A DNA stretch of 34,377 nucleotides from Candidatus Hermodarchaeota archaeon (lineage in GTDB: Archaea; Asgardarchaeota; Lokiarchaeia; Sigyniarchaeales; SOKP01), in the NCBI GenBank assembly GCA_048885525.1, contig JBHLLP010000036.1, positions 1-34,377 of the forward strand, read 5' to 3'. Of the stretch, positions 11,271-21,142 are shown in pieces (position 1 is the first letter of the stretch; every line of letters starts with the position of its first letter). Below the pieces are notes generated by a model that saw nothing but the letters and a program-made list of their open reading frames with translations, made no database searches and had not been told where the DNA came from. The translations under genes were made by a program, and so were the position numbers.

Positions 11271-12740
11271 TTGAATAATCAAAATAATGATGTGATTATT
11301 GGACTAGAAGTCCATATTCAATTGACAAATCTCAAAACAAAACTTTTTTGTAGCTGTAGTAATGATTATCGTGGTAAAGAACCAAATTCACATGTATGTC
11401 CTATTTGTATAGGGTTACCGGGTTCACTTCCAGTAGTGAATAAGAAAGCTATTGAATTTGCAACAAGATTGGCAATAGCATTAAATTCTAAAATAAATAA
11501 ACAGTTTTGGTTCTTCAGAAAACAATATTATTATGTAGATTTAGCTAAAGGTTTTCAAATAAGCCAATACAATAAAGCGGGAGGAAAAGCCTTTGCGGAT
11601 GGGGGAAAAATATCCATTAAATTAAATTCACATAAAAAAGGTATAAAGCTGAATCGAATACATTTAGAAGAGGATCCAGCAAGACTAGTTCATAAGGGAA
11701 GTATCGCATCATCTCCATATACATTAGTAGATTATAATAGATCAGGAGTTTGTTTAATAGAAATTGTTACAGAACCTGTTTTAACCTCACCGGAAGAAGC
11801 TCGTGAATTTTTGAAACATCTTAAATCAATTGTCCAGTATTCCGGAATTTCAAATCTCGATCTTGAGGGATCAGTGAGAGTAGATGCAAACATCTCTATA
11901 AAGGGTCATGAACGTAGTGAAGTTAAAAATATCAATAGTTTCAAAGAAGTAGAACGAGCTTTAAGGCATGAAATTATAAGGCAGAAAAATTTGCTTAAAA
12001 GAGGAAAAACTTTAATGCAAGAAACTAGACATTGGGATGAAAAGAGAAGAATCACAATAACTTTACGAACAAAAGAATTTGAAGCTGATTATCGTTATTT
12101 TCCAGAACAAGATCTGGTTCCAATAGAAATTAATAATAATTTTATTCAAAAAGTAAAAAAAGATCTGCCAGAAATGCCAGTTGAACGGTCAAAAAGACTT
12201 CGCAGGGATTATAATTTATCAGAATTTGATTCAGATAATTTAGTTTTAGATAAAAAAATAGCTGATTTTTACGAGGATGGTGTAAATTCTGAAGCTTCAT
12301 TCGGACCAAGTGAGTATAAACAATTTTGTAATTGGCTTATGAATGACATATCAAGGTGGTTAAATGAAAATAATAAAATTTTAAACGATACAGAGCTCCA
12401 TCCATATCAAATCGTTGATTTAATCAGATATGTAAACGAAGGAAAAATAACAACAAAGATTGCCAAAAATATTATTGATGATATGATGAAGGGTTTCTCT
12501 ATCCCTGAAATACTTGAAAAGAAAGGGAAAAAGAGAATTTCTGATGAAAATCTCCTGGATAAGTTAAGTAAGGAAGTCATTGAGGAAAATCTAAAGATTG
12601 TAAAGGATTGTAAAGAAAATGTAAAAGCGATAGAAGCTCTAATAGGAAAGATTATGGCTAAGACAAGGGGTCAAGCTGACCCTCACATAGCTCGAAAAAT
12701 AATCATTGAAAATTTAAGAGAAAAAGGAATAATAAAATAA
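11271..12740 (+). CDS. gatB: Asp-tRNA(Asn)/Glu-tRNA(Gln) amidotransferase subunit B
   Basis: IGLEVHIQL, CPICIGLPGSLP, RIHLEED, VDYNRSG..LIEIVTEP, RVDANIS, EVKNINS, QETR, DYRYFPE; YqeY-like tail; no AspRS-like insertion, so not GatE. Confidence 0.96.
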   Translation: MNNQNNDVIIGLEVHIQLTNLKTKLFCSCSNDYRGKEPNSHVCPICIGLPGSLPVVNKKAIEFATRLAIALNSKINKQFWFFRKQYYYVDLAKGFQISQYNKAGGKAFADGGKISIKLNSHKKGIKLNRIHLEEDPARLVHKGSIASSPYTLVDYNRSGVCLIEIVTEPVLTSPEEAREFLKHLKSIVQYSGISNLDLEGSVRVDANISIKGHERSEVKNINSFKEVERALRHEIIRQKNLLKRGKTLMQETRHWDEKRRITITLRTKEFEADYRYFPEQDLVPIEINNNFIQKVKKDLPEMPVERSKRLRRDYNLSEFDSDNLVLDKKIADFYEDGVNSEASFGPSEYKQFCNWLMNDISRWLNENNKILNDTELHPYQIVDLIRYVNEGKITTKIAKNIIDDMMKGFSIPEILEKKGKKRISDENLLDKLSKEVIEENLKIVKDCKENVKAIEALIGKIMAKTRGQADPHIARKIIIENLREKGIIK

Positions 12741-12763
12741 CTAAAAATAATATTAAGTTTTAT

Positions 12764-13684
12764 TTAGGGTGTCGCTGTTTCTACTTCTATAAATCCACTA
12801 TACTTTAACCCTTCAATCATCATACCTACAAATAATTCAAACCCCTTCTCAGTCCAAAACTTAGAATTAGGGACTAAAGTCTTGTAATATTTGCTTGTTA
12901 TGTAATCAATTGAAGGATTCTCATTATACCATTTAATTAAGGAATTCTTTACCTTGAAATAAGAATCTTCCATTTCATTCAATATTTGATTGAAATGTTC
13001 ATCTTTCCATATACCAAAATGAGCTAAAGATATTGAATCTATTTCATTCTTCATACTTCTTAACTTATTAAAAGTTTTTAAAAGCTCTTCTTCATTAAAG
13101 TCAGGAGGCACAAGAGGGATAAAAAAAGCATTCTCGTCTAATCTCATAATTATAGAATCGCCTACAAAAAGATTTCTATTTTTTTTATCAAATAAAGCTA
13201 TAGAATCCATCGTATGTCCAAAAAAATTCATAACTTCTAATTCCAATCCATTTAAGTCAATAATATCACCTCCCTTTAAAGGAGTAACTTCTCCTTCAAA
13301 CGGATATACATCACCCATACCTTCATATCCTTTCATCATTCTTTCTGGATGCCGTAAATTGTCTACACCATTTTTTGCTGCTAAAACTTCAACTTCAGTG
13401 TCTTTCATTAGATTAATTAGCTTAGATAAACCTTGAGCGTGATCCCAATGAGAATGAGATAAAATGATTTTATCAATAGGATATAGCCCAAGATCTTTAA
13501 TTTTGTTTATAATTTTACGGGATTTTAATGTTTCTCCCACATCAATCATCAAACGCATTCCATTATGTTCAATAATATAAATTGAAAGAAATTTTTGCGT
13601 TCCCATGGTCATACCATCTATTAAATAATAATTATCATCGATTTTACCTTCAGAATTTATAATTGCTATATTGGTCACCTTCAA
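12764..13684 (-). CDS. MBL-fold metallo-hydrolase
   Basis: HSHWDH, GHT, VGDS and AHFG metal-binding motifs. Confidence 0.9.
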   Translation of the reverse strand: MKVTNIAIINSEGKIDDNYYLIDGMTMGTQKFLSIYIIEHNGMRLMIDVGETLKSRKIINKIKDLGLYPIDKIILSHSHWDHAQGLSKLINLMKDTEVEVLAAKNGVDNLRHPERMMKGYEGMGDVYPFEGEVTPLKGGDIIDLNGLELEVMNFFGHTMDSIALFDKKNRNLFVGDSIIMRLDENAFFIPLVPPDFNEEELLKTFNKLRSMKNEIDSISLAHFGIWKDEHFNQILNEMEDSYFKVKNSLIKWYNENPSIDYITSKYYKTLVPNSKFWTEKGFELFVGMMIEGLKYSGFIEVETATP

Positions 13685-13793
13685 ATTGTATTATAAAATT
13701 ATTATTTTGATTATAATTTAAATCTTAAGTAAGTTATTTAGAGATGAAAAAAAGTCCAATAAAAATTAGCTTGTTTAATAAAAGAATAAAAAA

Positions 13794-14147
13794 TTAAATC
13801 AATGCAGCAAGTGCTGAGCTAGCAGCGTCTAATTTTAAATTTATTATCCCTAATTTTGCTTCTTTTGTTGTAATTATAGTCAAAATATTTCCTTTAATTT
13901 CACTAAAGAGTATTTTTCCTTTTTCAGATTCAATAATAGCACTGAAAAATTGGCCTTGTTCTAGTTCTTTAGTTGCTCTTTGGCTAGCTTTGAGAATCAA
14001 AGTAACCATTGCCGCCACTACCTCTGGGTCTACCCATCCTGGCAAAGCACTTCCTTTTATTAACCCAAATTTTTCAATAAGAGCAGCACCATGCACTCCC
14101 TTTATTGCTTTTAAACTATCTAGAATTTCAGTTATTCTTTCACTCAT
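13794..14147 (-). CDS. Roadblock/LC7 domain protein
   Basis: 117 aa; GVHGAALIEKFGL..SALP, VAAM, ELEQG...IIESEKGKIL, AKLGII pattern. Confidence 0.9.
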   Translation of the reverse strand: MSERITEILDSLKAIKGVHGAALIEKFGLIKGSALPGWVDPEVVAAMVTLILKASQRATKELEQGQFFSAIIESEKGKILFSEIKGNILTIITTKEAKLGIINLKLDAASSALAALI

Positions 14148-14299
14148 CTATCTCAGTTTAAATTTGTGTTAGTGAGAATACTATTTCTTTATTTATTATG
14201 TAAGTTTTAATTATATTTAAGTATAGGAATCTTGTCTAAAAAAGCTATTTTTTCATTATCTTTTGAAATTAAAGTAATAGAAAAAAAACGAAATGTTAG

Positions 14300-15328
14300 T
14301 TAGAGTTTTAGAATTTTTCCATATTTATCTAATACTAAAGCAATAACAGTAACGATAATCATTAGAAGAATCCCTATAAATATATCAATATCATATCCAA
14401 TAATATCAATTATTATAATCGAAAGAACTTCAGCAAGGATATAAATTATAAATGGGTTCTTTCCAAAGCTGTCTAACCCAAATATAGGTTTTTCCACCTT
14501 TTTATCTAAAGCTATGAATAAAAATGAGATTAGAATAGATGTACCTAAGCTAATCATTATATAAGTTAAAGTAACTTGCCTTTTATTCGCATAGCACTCT
14601 GGAATTAAAGCTAATATTAAACCTCCTATAAAACTTACTAATCCGATTATTAAATAAATCTTATATTTTTTCATTTCATCACTTTGCTCATTGATAAATA
14701 AGAATTCTCCAATACAAGTGGAATAAACCATAATGGTAGAGAAGCCAAAAATAGAGCCTAAAATCCCTCCGTGAACACTTGCTATAGCATAATCCCTCCA
14801 TCCACCATAAATAAGCATAATTTGATAGAAAATAAGCATTAAAGATGCTATAACGGCTCTAATTTTTGGTTTTATCCAAAAAAGGGGCAAAGCGATTAAT
14901 CCAACTAAACCTAGTGTTGGTAATACGTCCCATTGAATAACAAGCATTCCATCGATTGTTTTGATCAATGCTCCTTGATCAATAAAGACGACTATGAGTC
15001 CTAAAAGTAAAATTATTCCATATCTTATAATAATGTGTTTAACAGCTTTTTTTACTCCATCCCTTTCTTTCCGATGAAAAAAGGATAATGGCATCAATAA
15101 ACCCATTACAACGATAAATGCTGGTGCTCCAATATCAAACAAATTCATTATATGAGTGGTTGTTTCATTTTCGGGATGAGATAGAAAAAACCGTAGAATT
15201 CCTTCACGTATGGCTGTTGGTAGATATAAAGTTATAACTAACCATATCATTATAAAACCACGGGCGTGATCAATCCAATAAAATCTTTTAGATTTTTCTT
15301 GTTCTAAATTTATTGCAGATTGGTTCAT
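14300..15328 (-). CDS. Membrane-bound acyltransferase, HGSNAT/DUF1624-like
   Basis: RFYWIDHARG, DIGAPAF..VMG, WDVL, NKR..TLTY, FGKNP..IY; about 10 TM. Confidence 0.7.
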   Translation of the reverse strand: MNQSAINLEQEKSKRFYWIDHARGFIMIWLVITLYLPTAIREGILRFFLSHPENETTTHIMNLFDIGAPAFIVVMGLLMPLSFFHRKERDGVKKAVKHIIIRYGIILLLGLIVVFIDQGALIKTIDGMLVIQWDVLPTLGLVGLIALPLFWIKPKIRAVIASLMLIFYQIMLIYGGWRDYAIASVHGGILGSIFGFSTIMVYSTCIGEFLFINEQSDEMKKYKIYLIIGLVSFIGGLILALIPECYANKRQVTLTYIMISLGTSILISFLFIALDKKVEKPIFGLDSFGKNPFIIYILAEVLSIIIIDIIGYDIDIFIGILLMIIVTVIALVLDKYGKILKL

Positions 15329-15468
15329 TTTAACAAGGTCCGTTTATCATTATTTGATTGAGACAAAAACATTAGTTATCTTTTTATATTTGATAATTAT
15401 GTTCTTATCATATTTAAGTATAAAACAATTTAACTTATACATTAACAAGTTATTTTTAGTATAAGCTT

Positions 15469-16614
15469 ATGGAAAGGATAATATATCGAAATTATAGAGA
15501 AGGCGATGAAAATCAGTTAGCTGATTTATTTAACTTAGCTTTCCAACAAAATGGCAGTGGATTTATAAGAACTCCTAATAATTGGTATTGGAGATATGTT
15601 AGATCTCCTGGGTTTGAGCCAGAAATGTGTCAAATCGCTGAAGATCTTGATAGACAGAAAATTGTAGGTGCCATAATTGTGAATTTAATAGAGGAAGTAC
15701 CTATTGGTCATAATACATATTTAATGGGAGATATCAATGATGTTTCTACTCATCCAGATTACACAAGTAGGGGAATCGCAACAAAATTGATGGAGATGGC
15801 AATTAAATATATGAAACAGAAAAAGTGTGATTTTTCTATACTTTCTACAGGATATAAAAGTTTTGCGAGAGAAAAGATTTATCAAAGATTTGGGTTTTTT
15901 GATGTTGATCTCGGAATCCGTTTTATCCAATTTCCAAATGTATTACAACTTATTAAGAATGTATATGCACTTGCCTTTTTTTTTCCGGTCTTTTTTGCTT
16001 TTTCTTATATTCCTAGATTAATAAATAGAGTAAAACTGAAATTTCATCCCATTTTTAAAGAATTTTCATATAATATTGATCACAATAAGAAACATTTCGA
16101 ATACATGAACGCAATAAATAAGATCAATCCAAAATATTATGAAGGATATCCAGTATACACTAAAAAAAAATTTTCATGGGCAAGAATTAAAGTTCCATCA
16201 ACACATCAAAAACCCACCTATATAATTATTAGAAAAGAGGGAGAGATAATTGGAGGCTCTGTAATCACCCAAGAAAATATTCATTCTTTTAAATTTGGAA
16301 TAAAGATAAGAATAGGATTAATACATGAAATATTTCTGGAGAAAAATAGGTTTAATAATTCAAAAAATCTACTTCTTGCATATATTTATCTAATAGACAA
16401 AATTATTAAAGCTGCAACTCGAAGATCTTTATCCGTTTTAATGTATTTATCACCTTCAAAAGATAAAGATTTAAATAATGCTTTTAACAGAATGAATTTC
16501 TTAAAATTCAAAGCCAATGTAACAATGATTAAACAATTGAAAGCAAATATAAAATTCCCTCAAATTAAAACACCTCTTTTTGTGCCAACTTATGTGATTT
16601 GGGGATTTCCTTAA
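15469..16614 (+). CDS. GNAT-family acetyltransferase with a second C-terminal domain
   Basis: DVSTHPDYTSRGIATKLM, IYQRFGF. Confidence 0.82.
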   Translation: MERIIYRNYREGDENQLADLFNLAFQQNGSGFIRTPNNWYWRYVRSPGFEPEMCQIAEDLDRQKIVGAIIVNLIEEVPIGHNTYLMGDINDVSTHPDYTSRGIATKLMEMAIKYMKQKKCDFSILSTGYKSFAREKIYQRFGFFDVDLGIRFIQFPNVLQLIKNVYALAFFFPVFFAFSYIPRLINRVKLKFHPIFKEFSYNIDHNKKHFEYMNAINKINPKYYEGYPVYTKKKFSWARIKVPSTHQKPTYIIIRKEGEIIGGSVITQENIHSFKFGIKIRIGLIHEIFLEKNRFNNSKNLLLAYIYLIDKIIKAATRRSLSVLMYLSPSKDKDLNNAFNRMNFLKFKANVTMIKQLKANIKFPQIKTPLFVPTYVIWGFP

Positions 16615-16688
16615 AAAGACATAAACATAAATATTTTTGTTTTAACATTTATTGTAACTATATTTATCTAAAATATTAACAGTATAGG

Positions 16689-17480
16689 GTGGATTTTATG
16701 GGAAAAGAAACAGATAAAGCTAAAAGAGTACTTAAAGAGGGATTTGAGGCGCTTAGTGATTTCTTCGAAGAAAAACGATCTGATACGGTTATGGAAGAAG
16801 AAGAAAAAGTAAAAAAGGGGAAAGTAGCTTTAGCCAAATTTTCTAAAGGTTTGATCGGCAAAACCGATAAAATTAATTTTAGAATTTTAATTGGACAGAA
16901 AAAGGAAATGGGCGATTTTATTTATGAGGCAGTGTATTTAAGTGATAAAAAAGAACCGAGAATTTTTATTTATGAAGTAACTAGAGGAAAGCCATGTACT
17001 ACAATTTTAACAAGTTTTAAGGAAGAGGATTGGAATGGATATAGAAAAGTTCAAAAATATAAATCTTTAACAAAATTTTTAGAATCTGTTTATAAAGATG
17101 GTATTTATACTAAAGGAAAGAAAGAAAAGAAAGAGGATGCTTTAAATAAATTAATCAAAGGGTTCAAACGATCATTAGAAGCAGTTGAAGATGATGAGAA
17201 GGCAAAAGGAAGAGGTGCTGGTCCAATTGCCAAAAAAATTGCGAAAGTAGTTGCTATAGCCGCTGTTACTACTATTGTATCAGCAGCATTAACGCCAGCT
17301 GTAGGAGTTATTGTTGAAGAAGTTGCAGGGGGTGGTGCAGTTACTGGTGATTTATTAGGTTCGGCTGCTGAAGCTGCTGGAGAAGGTTTAAAAAGTCTAG
17401 CTGATCCGGTAAATTTAACGAAGAAGGTTGTAAAAAAAGCTATCACAAAAGGGAAAGATTTGCCAGGTACTGACAGGTAG
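16689..17480 (+). CDS. Hypothetical protein, Lys/Glu-rich with an Ala/Gly/Val-rich C-terminal hydrophobic region; likely start ATG 16698
   Basis: Long ORF; GGGTGGA upstream of ATG 16698. Confidence 0.7.
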   Translation: MDFMGKETDKAKRVLKEGFEALSDFFEEKRSDTVMEEEEKVKKGKVALAKFSKGLIGKTDKINFRILIGQKKEMGDFIYEAVYLSDKKEPRIFIYEVTRGKPCTTILTSFKEEDWNGYRKVQKYKSLTKFLESVYKDGIYTKGKKEKKEDALNKLIKGFKRSLEAVEDDEKAKGRGAGPIAKKIAKVVAIAAVTTIVSAALTPAVGVIVEEVAGGGAVTGDLLGSAAEAAGEGLKSLADPVNLTKKVVKKAITKGKDLPGTDR

Positions 17481-17567
17481 GAAAATTATATAATAAGTTT
17501 CTTAAAGTATTGCTTTTTTATTATCTAAAATCTTTTTAAAATTCTAAAGTAAAAAACCTTCGTTTAA

Positions 17568-18038
17568 GTGATTCAAATTTCAAACTTATATGAAAAAGCA
17601 AAGGAAAATAATCAATCTTCTGGCATTCTTTTTTTCGTTTTAGTTACTTTTCTCTTGATCGTGATTAATCCTTATTGGCCTGGGGTATATCTTTATAGAG
17701 ATTTAGAATTTGTAGCTGGAGCACTTTTTGGTATGATATTTGCAATGAGAAATCGGAAACCTGATCAACCACCTATAACTCTAGGTATTATTATTGGTCT
17801 CATTGGAGGGATTTTGGCTGCAGTTATCTCTGGTTCTGTTCTAGTTCTTATATTTAGCTTAAGTTTTATCCTTAATCCCATTTGGTTTTTCGTATATATT
17901 GGTGTTTTATGTACCACAGGGATTATTATAGGATTGCTAATGGGTGTAATAATAGGATGGTACTATAAATCGAAGGATATTCGAGAAAAAGAAGATACAA
18001 CAGGGGAAGGATTTCTTCAAGATTTATTAGAGAAGTGA
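17568..18038 (+). CDS. Small membrane protein (about 4 TM, GxxxG-rich)
   Basis: Hydrophobic helices with GIIIGLIGG and GIIIGLLMG. Confidence 0.7.
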   Translation: MIQISNLYEKAKENNQSSGILFFVLVTFLLIVINPYWPGVYLYRDLEFVAGALFGMIFAMRNRKPDQPPITLGIIIGLIGGILAAVISGSVLVLIFSLSFILNPIWFFVYIGVLCTTGIIIGLLMGVIIGWYYKSKDIREKEDTTGEGFLQDLLEK

Positions 18039-18207
18039 TTTTTCATCAATATTATTATAATTATTTCTTTCTAAGATGATTTAGAGTGGATTAAGCATCT
18101 AATTTTAAAAATTAAGATATAAAACTTAATAATTGGACTCTAAAAGAAATTAATTTAATCCAATTCTCACTCTAATTAGGAATAAAATAACAATAAGTGG
18201 GAAAAAA

Positions 18208-18501
18208 ATGAGTAAAGTAATTTTATGGCAATATAATGAGTTTATTCAATCAAGAAAAGAAAAAATAGTTAATATGCTTATTAGTGAGATAATATTTTTA
18301 AAAACTCGTGTTAAGAGTGCGAAGAACAAAGATCAAATCTTATATCTTAAAAATGCACTAGATAAATTAGAATATCTCTTAAATAAGTTAAAGAACAATA
18401 GCTCTGATATGTCTGAAGGAGATTTTGATAAAATAATTGTGCTAATTTATCACATTTTTCAAGACATTGCTAATAATTTAGAGGAAGAAATTAGAGTTTA
18501 A
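18208..18501 (+). CDS. Hypothetical small helical protein
   Basis: 97-aa ORF with ATG start, GTGGGA upstream and amphipathic helices. Confidence 0.55.
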   Translation: MSKVILWQYNEFIQSRKEKIVNMLISEIIFLKTRVKSAKNKDQILYLKNALDKLEYLLNKLKNNSSDMSEGDFDKIIVLIYHIFQDIANNLEEEIRV

Positions 18502-19330
18502 TAACATTATAATCTTTTAATACTCTTATTGCAGATATAGTGGCATTAACTCTATGTTCTTCTCCCTCACCTTCCTCTGGATCCCAACTTCCATCACGTT
18601 TTTGTTTTTTCTCTAATTCTGATAATGATCTTAAAACTAATTTATGATTCGATGATAATCCACTGTCTTTTAAACAACGAATCAGCCAAGCTACATAAGC
18701 TCCTTTCCAATCTGAAGAAAAATTATCTTCTATTACTTTTACTGCTCTATTAAACGATTCCGGATCTGGACCGGGGTAAAATGCTAGCATAGGTAGTGCT
18801 AACCATGTAGCACGTAAATATCCCTTCAACCTCCCGGAAGTATCACAATTGGCAAGTAGGAAATCTGTTGGGCAATAGGTCCCCTCGGCTTCAGCGTAAC
18901 CAAAACGGATTAATACATGGGCACAGTAAGCAGTTAACCACACACGAGTCTCAGTTCGACCAGGCATCATCCATTCTGGAGGATTGTATTTCACAATTTC
19001 AGATACTTCATCCCAACCCCCATCCTTTTGCTGTCGATCTAAGAGATATTGGCAAGCGAGATCAACAATATCTCCCTTATATACTTTTAAATCATCAAAC
19101 CATTCGAGGACATAACAGGTATCAGTAATATTGCTTACATTTTTTACCCAATAAGAAAATCCTCCATCTCGTTTTTGAAATGAAGCTAATTCTTCTAAAA
19201 TTTCTATAGTTGGTTTTTCATCCCAAATTATAGCTGAAAGACGGGCTTTTTCGACAAATGTTCCATGAGTTTTTACGTAGTTAAGAGATTTTTGAATGTT
19301 CAAACTTTTCCCTTTCATTACTTTATTCAA
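18491..19330 (-). CDS. Prenyltransferase/squalene-cyclase (QW) repeat protein
   Basis: QKRDGGF, QQKDGGW and QKRDGSW repeats. Confidence 0.8.
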   Translation of the reverse strand: MNKVMKGKSLNIQKSLNYVKTHGTFVEKARLSAIIWDEKPTIEILEELASFQKRDGGFSYWVKNVSNITDTCYVLEWFDDLKVYKGDIVDLACQYLLDRQQKDGGWDEVSEIVKYNPPEWMMPGRTETRVWLTAYCAHVLIRFGYAEAEGTYCPTDFLLANCDTSGRLKGYLRATWLALPMLAFYPGPDPESFNRAVKVIEDNFSSDWKGAYVAWLIRCLKDSGLSSNHKLVLRSLSELEKKQKRDGSWDPEEGEGEEHRVNATISAIRVLKDYNVIKL

Positions 19331-19543
19331 TCATTTTAGATTTCAGATATTATTCTTGTGTTTAGATTCTCAATTGTTATTTATTGTTTTTTAATTATAA
19401 ATTTAAATGATCTTTACTAAAGGGTTGTAAATATATACTTAAAGATTGTATTTTAAATTTAAATATATAAATTAAAATCTCTTAAAGATCTCGAATCATT
19501 TATTGTAAAAAAAGATAAAAAAAATTAATAAATGATAATAAAA

Positions 19544-20491
19544 TTACATTTTTAAGCCTAGAGAACCAAATAAACCTATAAAAGTCTCTTTACTGGGTTT
19601 ACCTTTCAATAATTCTTTTTTAACGCGTTCAGCTAAAATTTGAGGAGTAAACCGTTCTCCATTATTATCTATCCATTTATAGGTAGTCCATCCAACTAAT
19701 GAAGCAACTTTATCACCAACAACTCTAAAAACTTCTCCTGTAATCTTACTTGCTTCGTTTGATGCTAAAAACGCAACCATCGGTGCTACATTCCTAGGAT
19801 CGAAAATATCATAACCTCTATCATCTAACTTACTCATGGTATCAACCATTGATGGTGTTGCGTCTGTAGTAAGTCTTGTTCTAGCTACAGGTACTATACA
19901 ATTAACTGTAGCATATTTTCTTAATTCCATAGAAACTATGTTTGTAAACGCGGCGATTCCAGCTTTCGCAGCGCCGTAATTAGATTGACCCATATTTCCT
20001 AACAAACCGGCATCAGAAGCAGTATTAATAATCCTACCAAAATTTCCTAAATCTTCATTAGCTTTTACTTGTCCTCTAAAGTATTCAGCTACATGACGAG
20101 TCATATTAAATGCACCCTTCATGTGTACTGCTATAACATCATCAAATTCTGCTTCAGTCATATTAAAAATCATTCTATCTCTCAGAATCCCAGCATTGTT
20201 TACCACTATATCTAACTTTCCAAATTCACTTATCGCCTGGTCAATCATACCTTTAGCTTTATTAAAATCAGTTACTGAATCATAATTTCCTACCACTTTA
20301 ACTCCCAATTTTCTGCATTCATCTGCTATTTGGTCAGCAATCTTAGTTTCAGATCCACTACCATCATGACTAGCACCTAAATCGTTTACAACTAAATTAC
20401 AACCTTCTTTGGCGAATAATAAGGCTTCCTCACGCCCTAATCCACGACCAGCACCAGTAATGATTGCTACTTTTCCATCTAACATTCCCAT
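19544..20491 (-). CDS. Short-chain dehydrogenase/reductase (3-hydroxyacyl-CoA dehydrogenase, MFE-2-like)
   Basis: TGAGRGLG, VVNDLG, NNAGILRD, GNMGQSNYGAAK (YxxxK). Confidence 0.93.
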   Translation of the reverse strand: MGMLDGKVAIITGAGRGLGREEALLFAKEGCNLVVNDLGASHDGSGSETKIADQIADECRKLGVKVVGNYDSVTDFNKAKGMIDQAISEFGKLDIVVNNAGILRDRMIFNMTEAEFDDVIAVHMKGAFNMTRHVAEYFRGQVKANEDLGNFGRIINTASDAGLLGNMGQSNYGAAKAGIAAFTNIVSMELRKYATVNCIVPVARTRLTTDATPSMVDTMSKLDDRGYDIFDPRNVAPMVAFLASNEASKITGEVFRVVGDKVASLVGWTTYKWIDNNGERFTPQILAERVKKELLKGKPSKETFIGLFGSLGLKM

Positions 20492-20611
20492 AATATTTTT
20501 CCCTCTTCTAAATTATTTTTTTAAATTTAGTTCAAAATTTTATGTGCTAATTAATATGTCCTAATAAAAAATTATTTCTAAAATTAAGCATTTTCATAAT
20601 TATAATTTTTA

Positions 20612-21142
20612 TTGAGTATTACTAGTTTTTTAACTGAAAAGATTATGAATTTAATTACTCACGTTTTAAATGGTGTGTTAATTCAACTTTTATGTTTTGC
20701 ATTTTTTATTTTTCCATTTAACTTTATACTTACATCAATCATTGCCTTTTTATCCCATTTTATAGTTGATGCCTTTTCAAAAATAACTTATCATACTCCT
20801 GAACCACATTGGGATGATAAGTTCTGGATTTTTTGGAATATAACCGTACGTGTAACAGGTTATGTAGCAATAATCATTTTTTATCCTTATCTTCTGGCAA
20901 TTATATTTGTCAATTTACCTGATATTTGGGATTGGACAATAGTAAGACGAATTCAAAGGAGGAGAAATATAGATCGGAAAATAGATTACCATCGTAATAA
21001 TTTTTTCCATAGATTTGTAGATATAATTAGAAATAAAACACTTTTTTGGCTTCCAAATTGGATATATAACAAAAAAGGCGTGATGATAGAGATATTATTT
21101 GTAGTTACATTAATAATTGGTATAACTTTTTTAATGATTTGA
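20612..21142 (+). CDS. Membrane protein, possibly YdjM-like metal-dependent hydrolase; likely start ATG 20645
   Basis: TH, SHFIVD, LPD and late FH motifs between TM segments. Confidence 0.55.
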   Translation: MSITSFLTEKIMNLITHVLNGVLIQLLCFAFFIFPFNFILTSIIAFLSHFIVDAFSKITYHTPEPHWDDKFWIFWNITVRVTGYVAIIIFYPYLLAIIFVNLPDIWDWTIVRRIQRRRNIDRKIDYHRNNFFHRFVDIIRNKTLFWLPNWIYNKKGVMIEILFVVTLIIGITFLMI

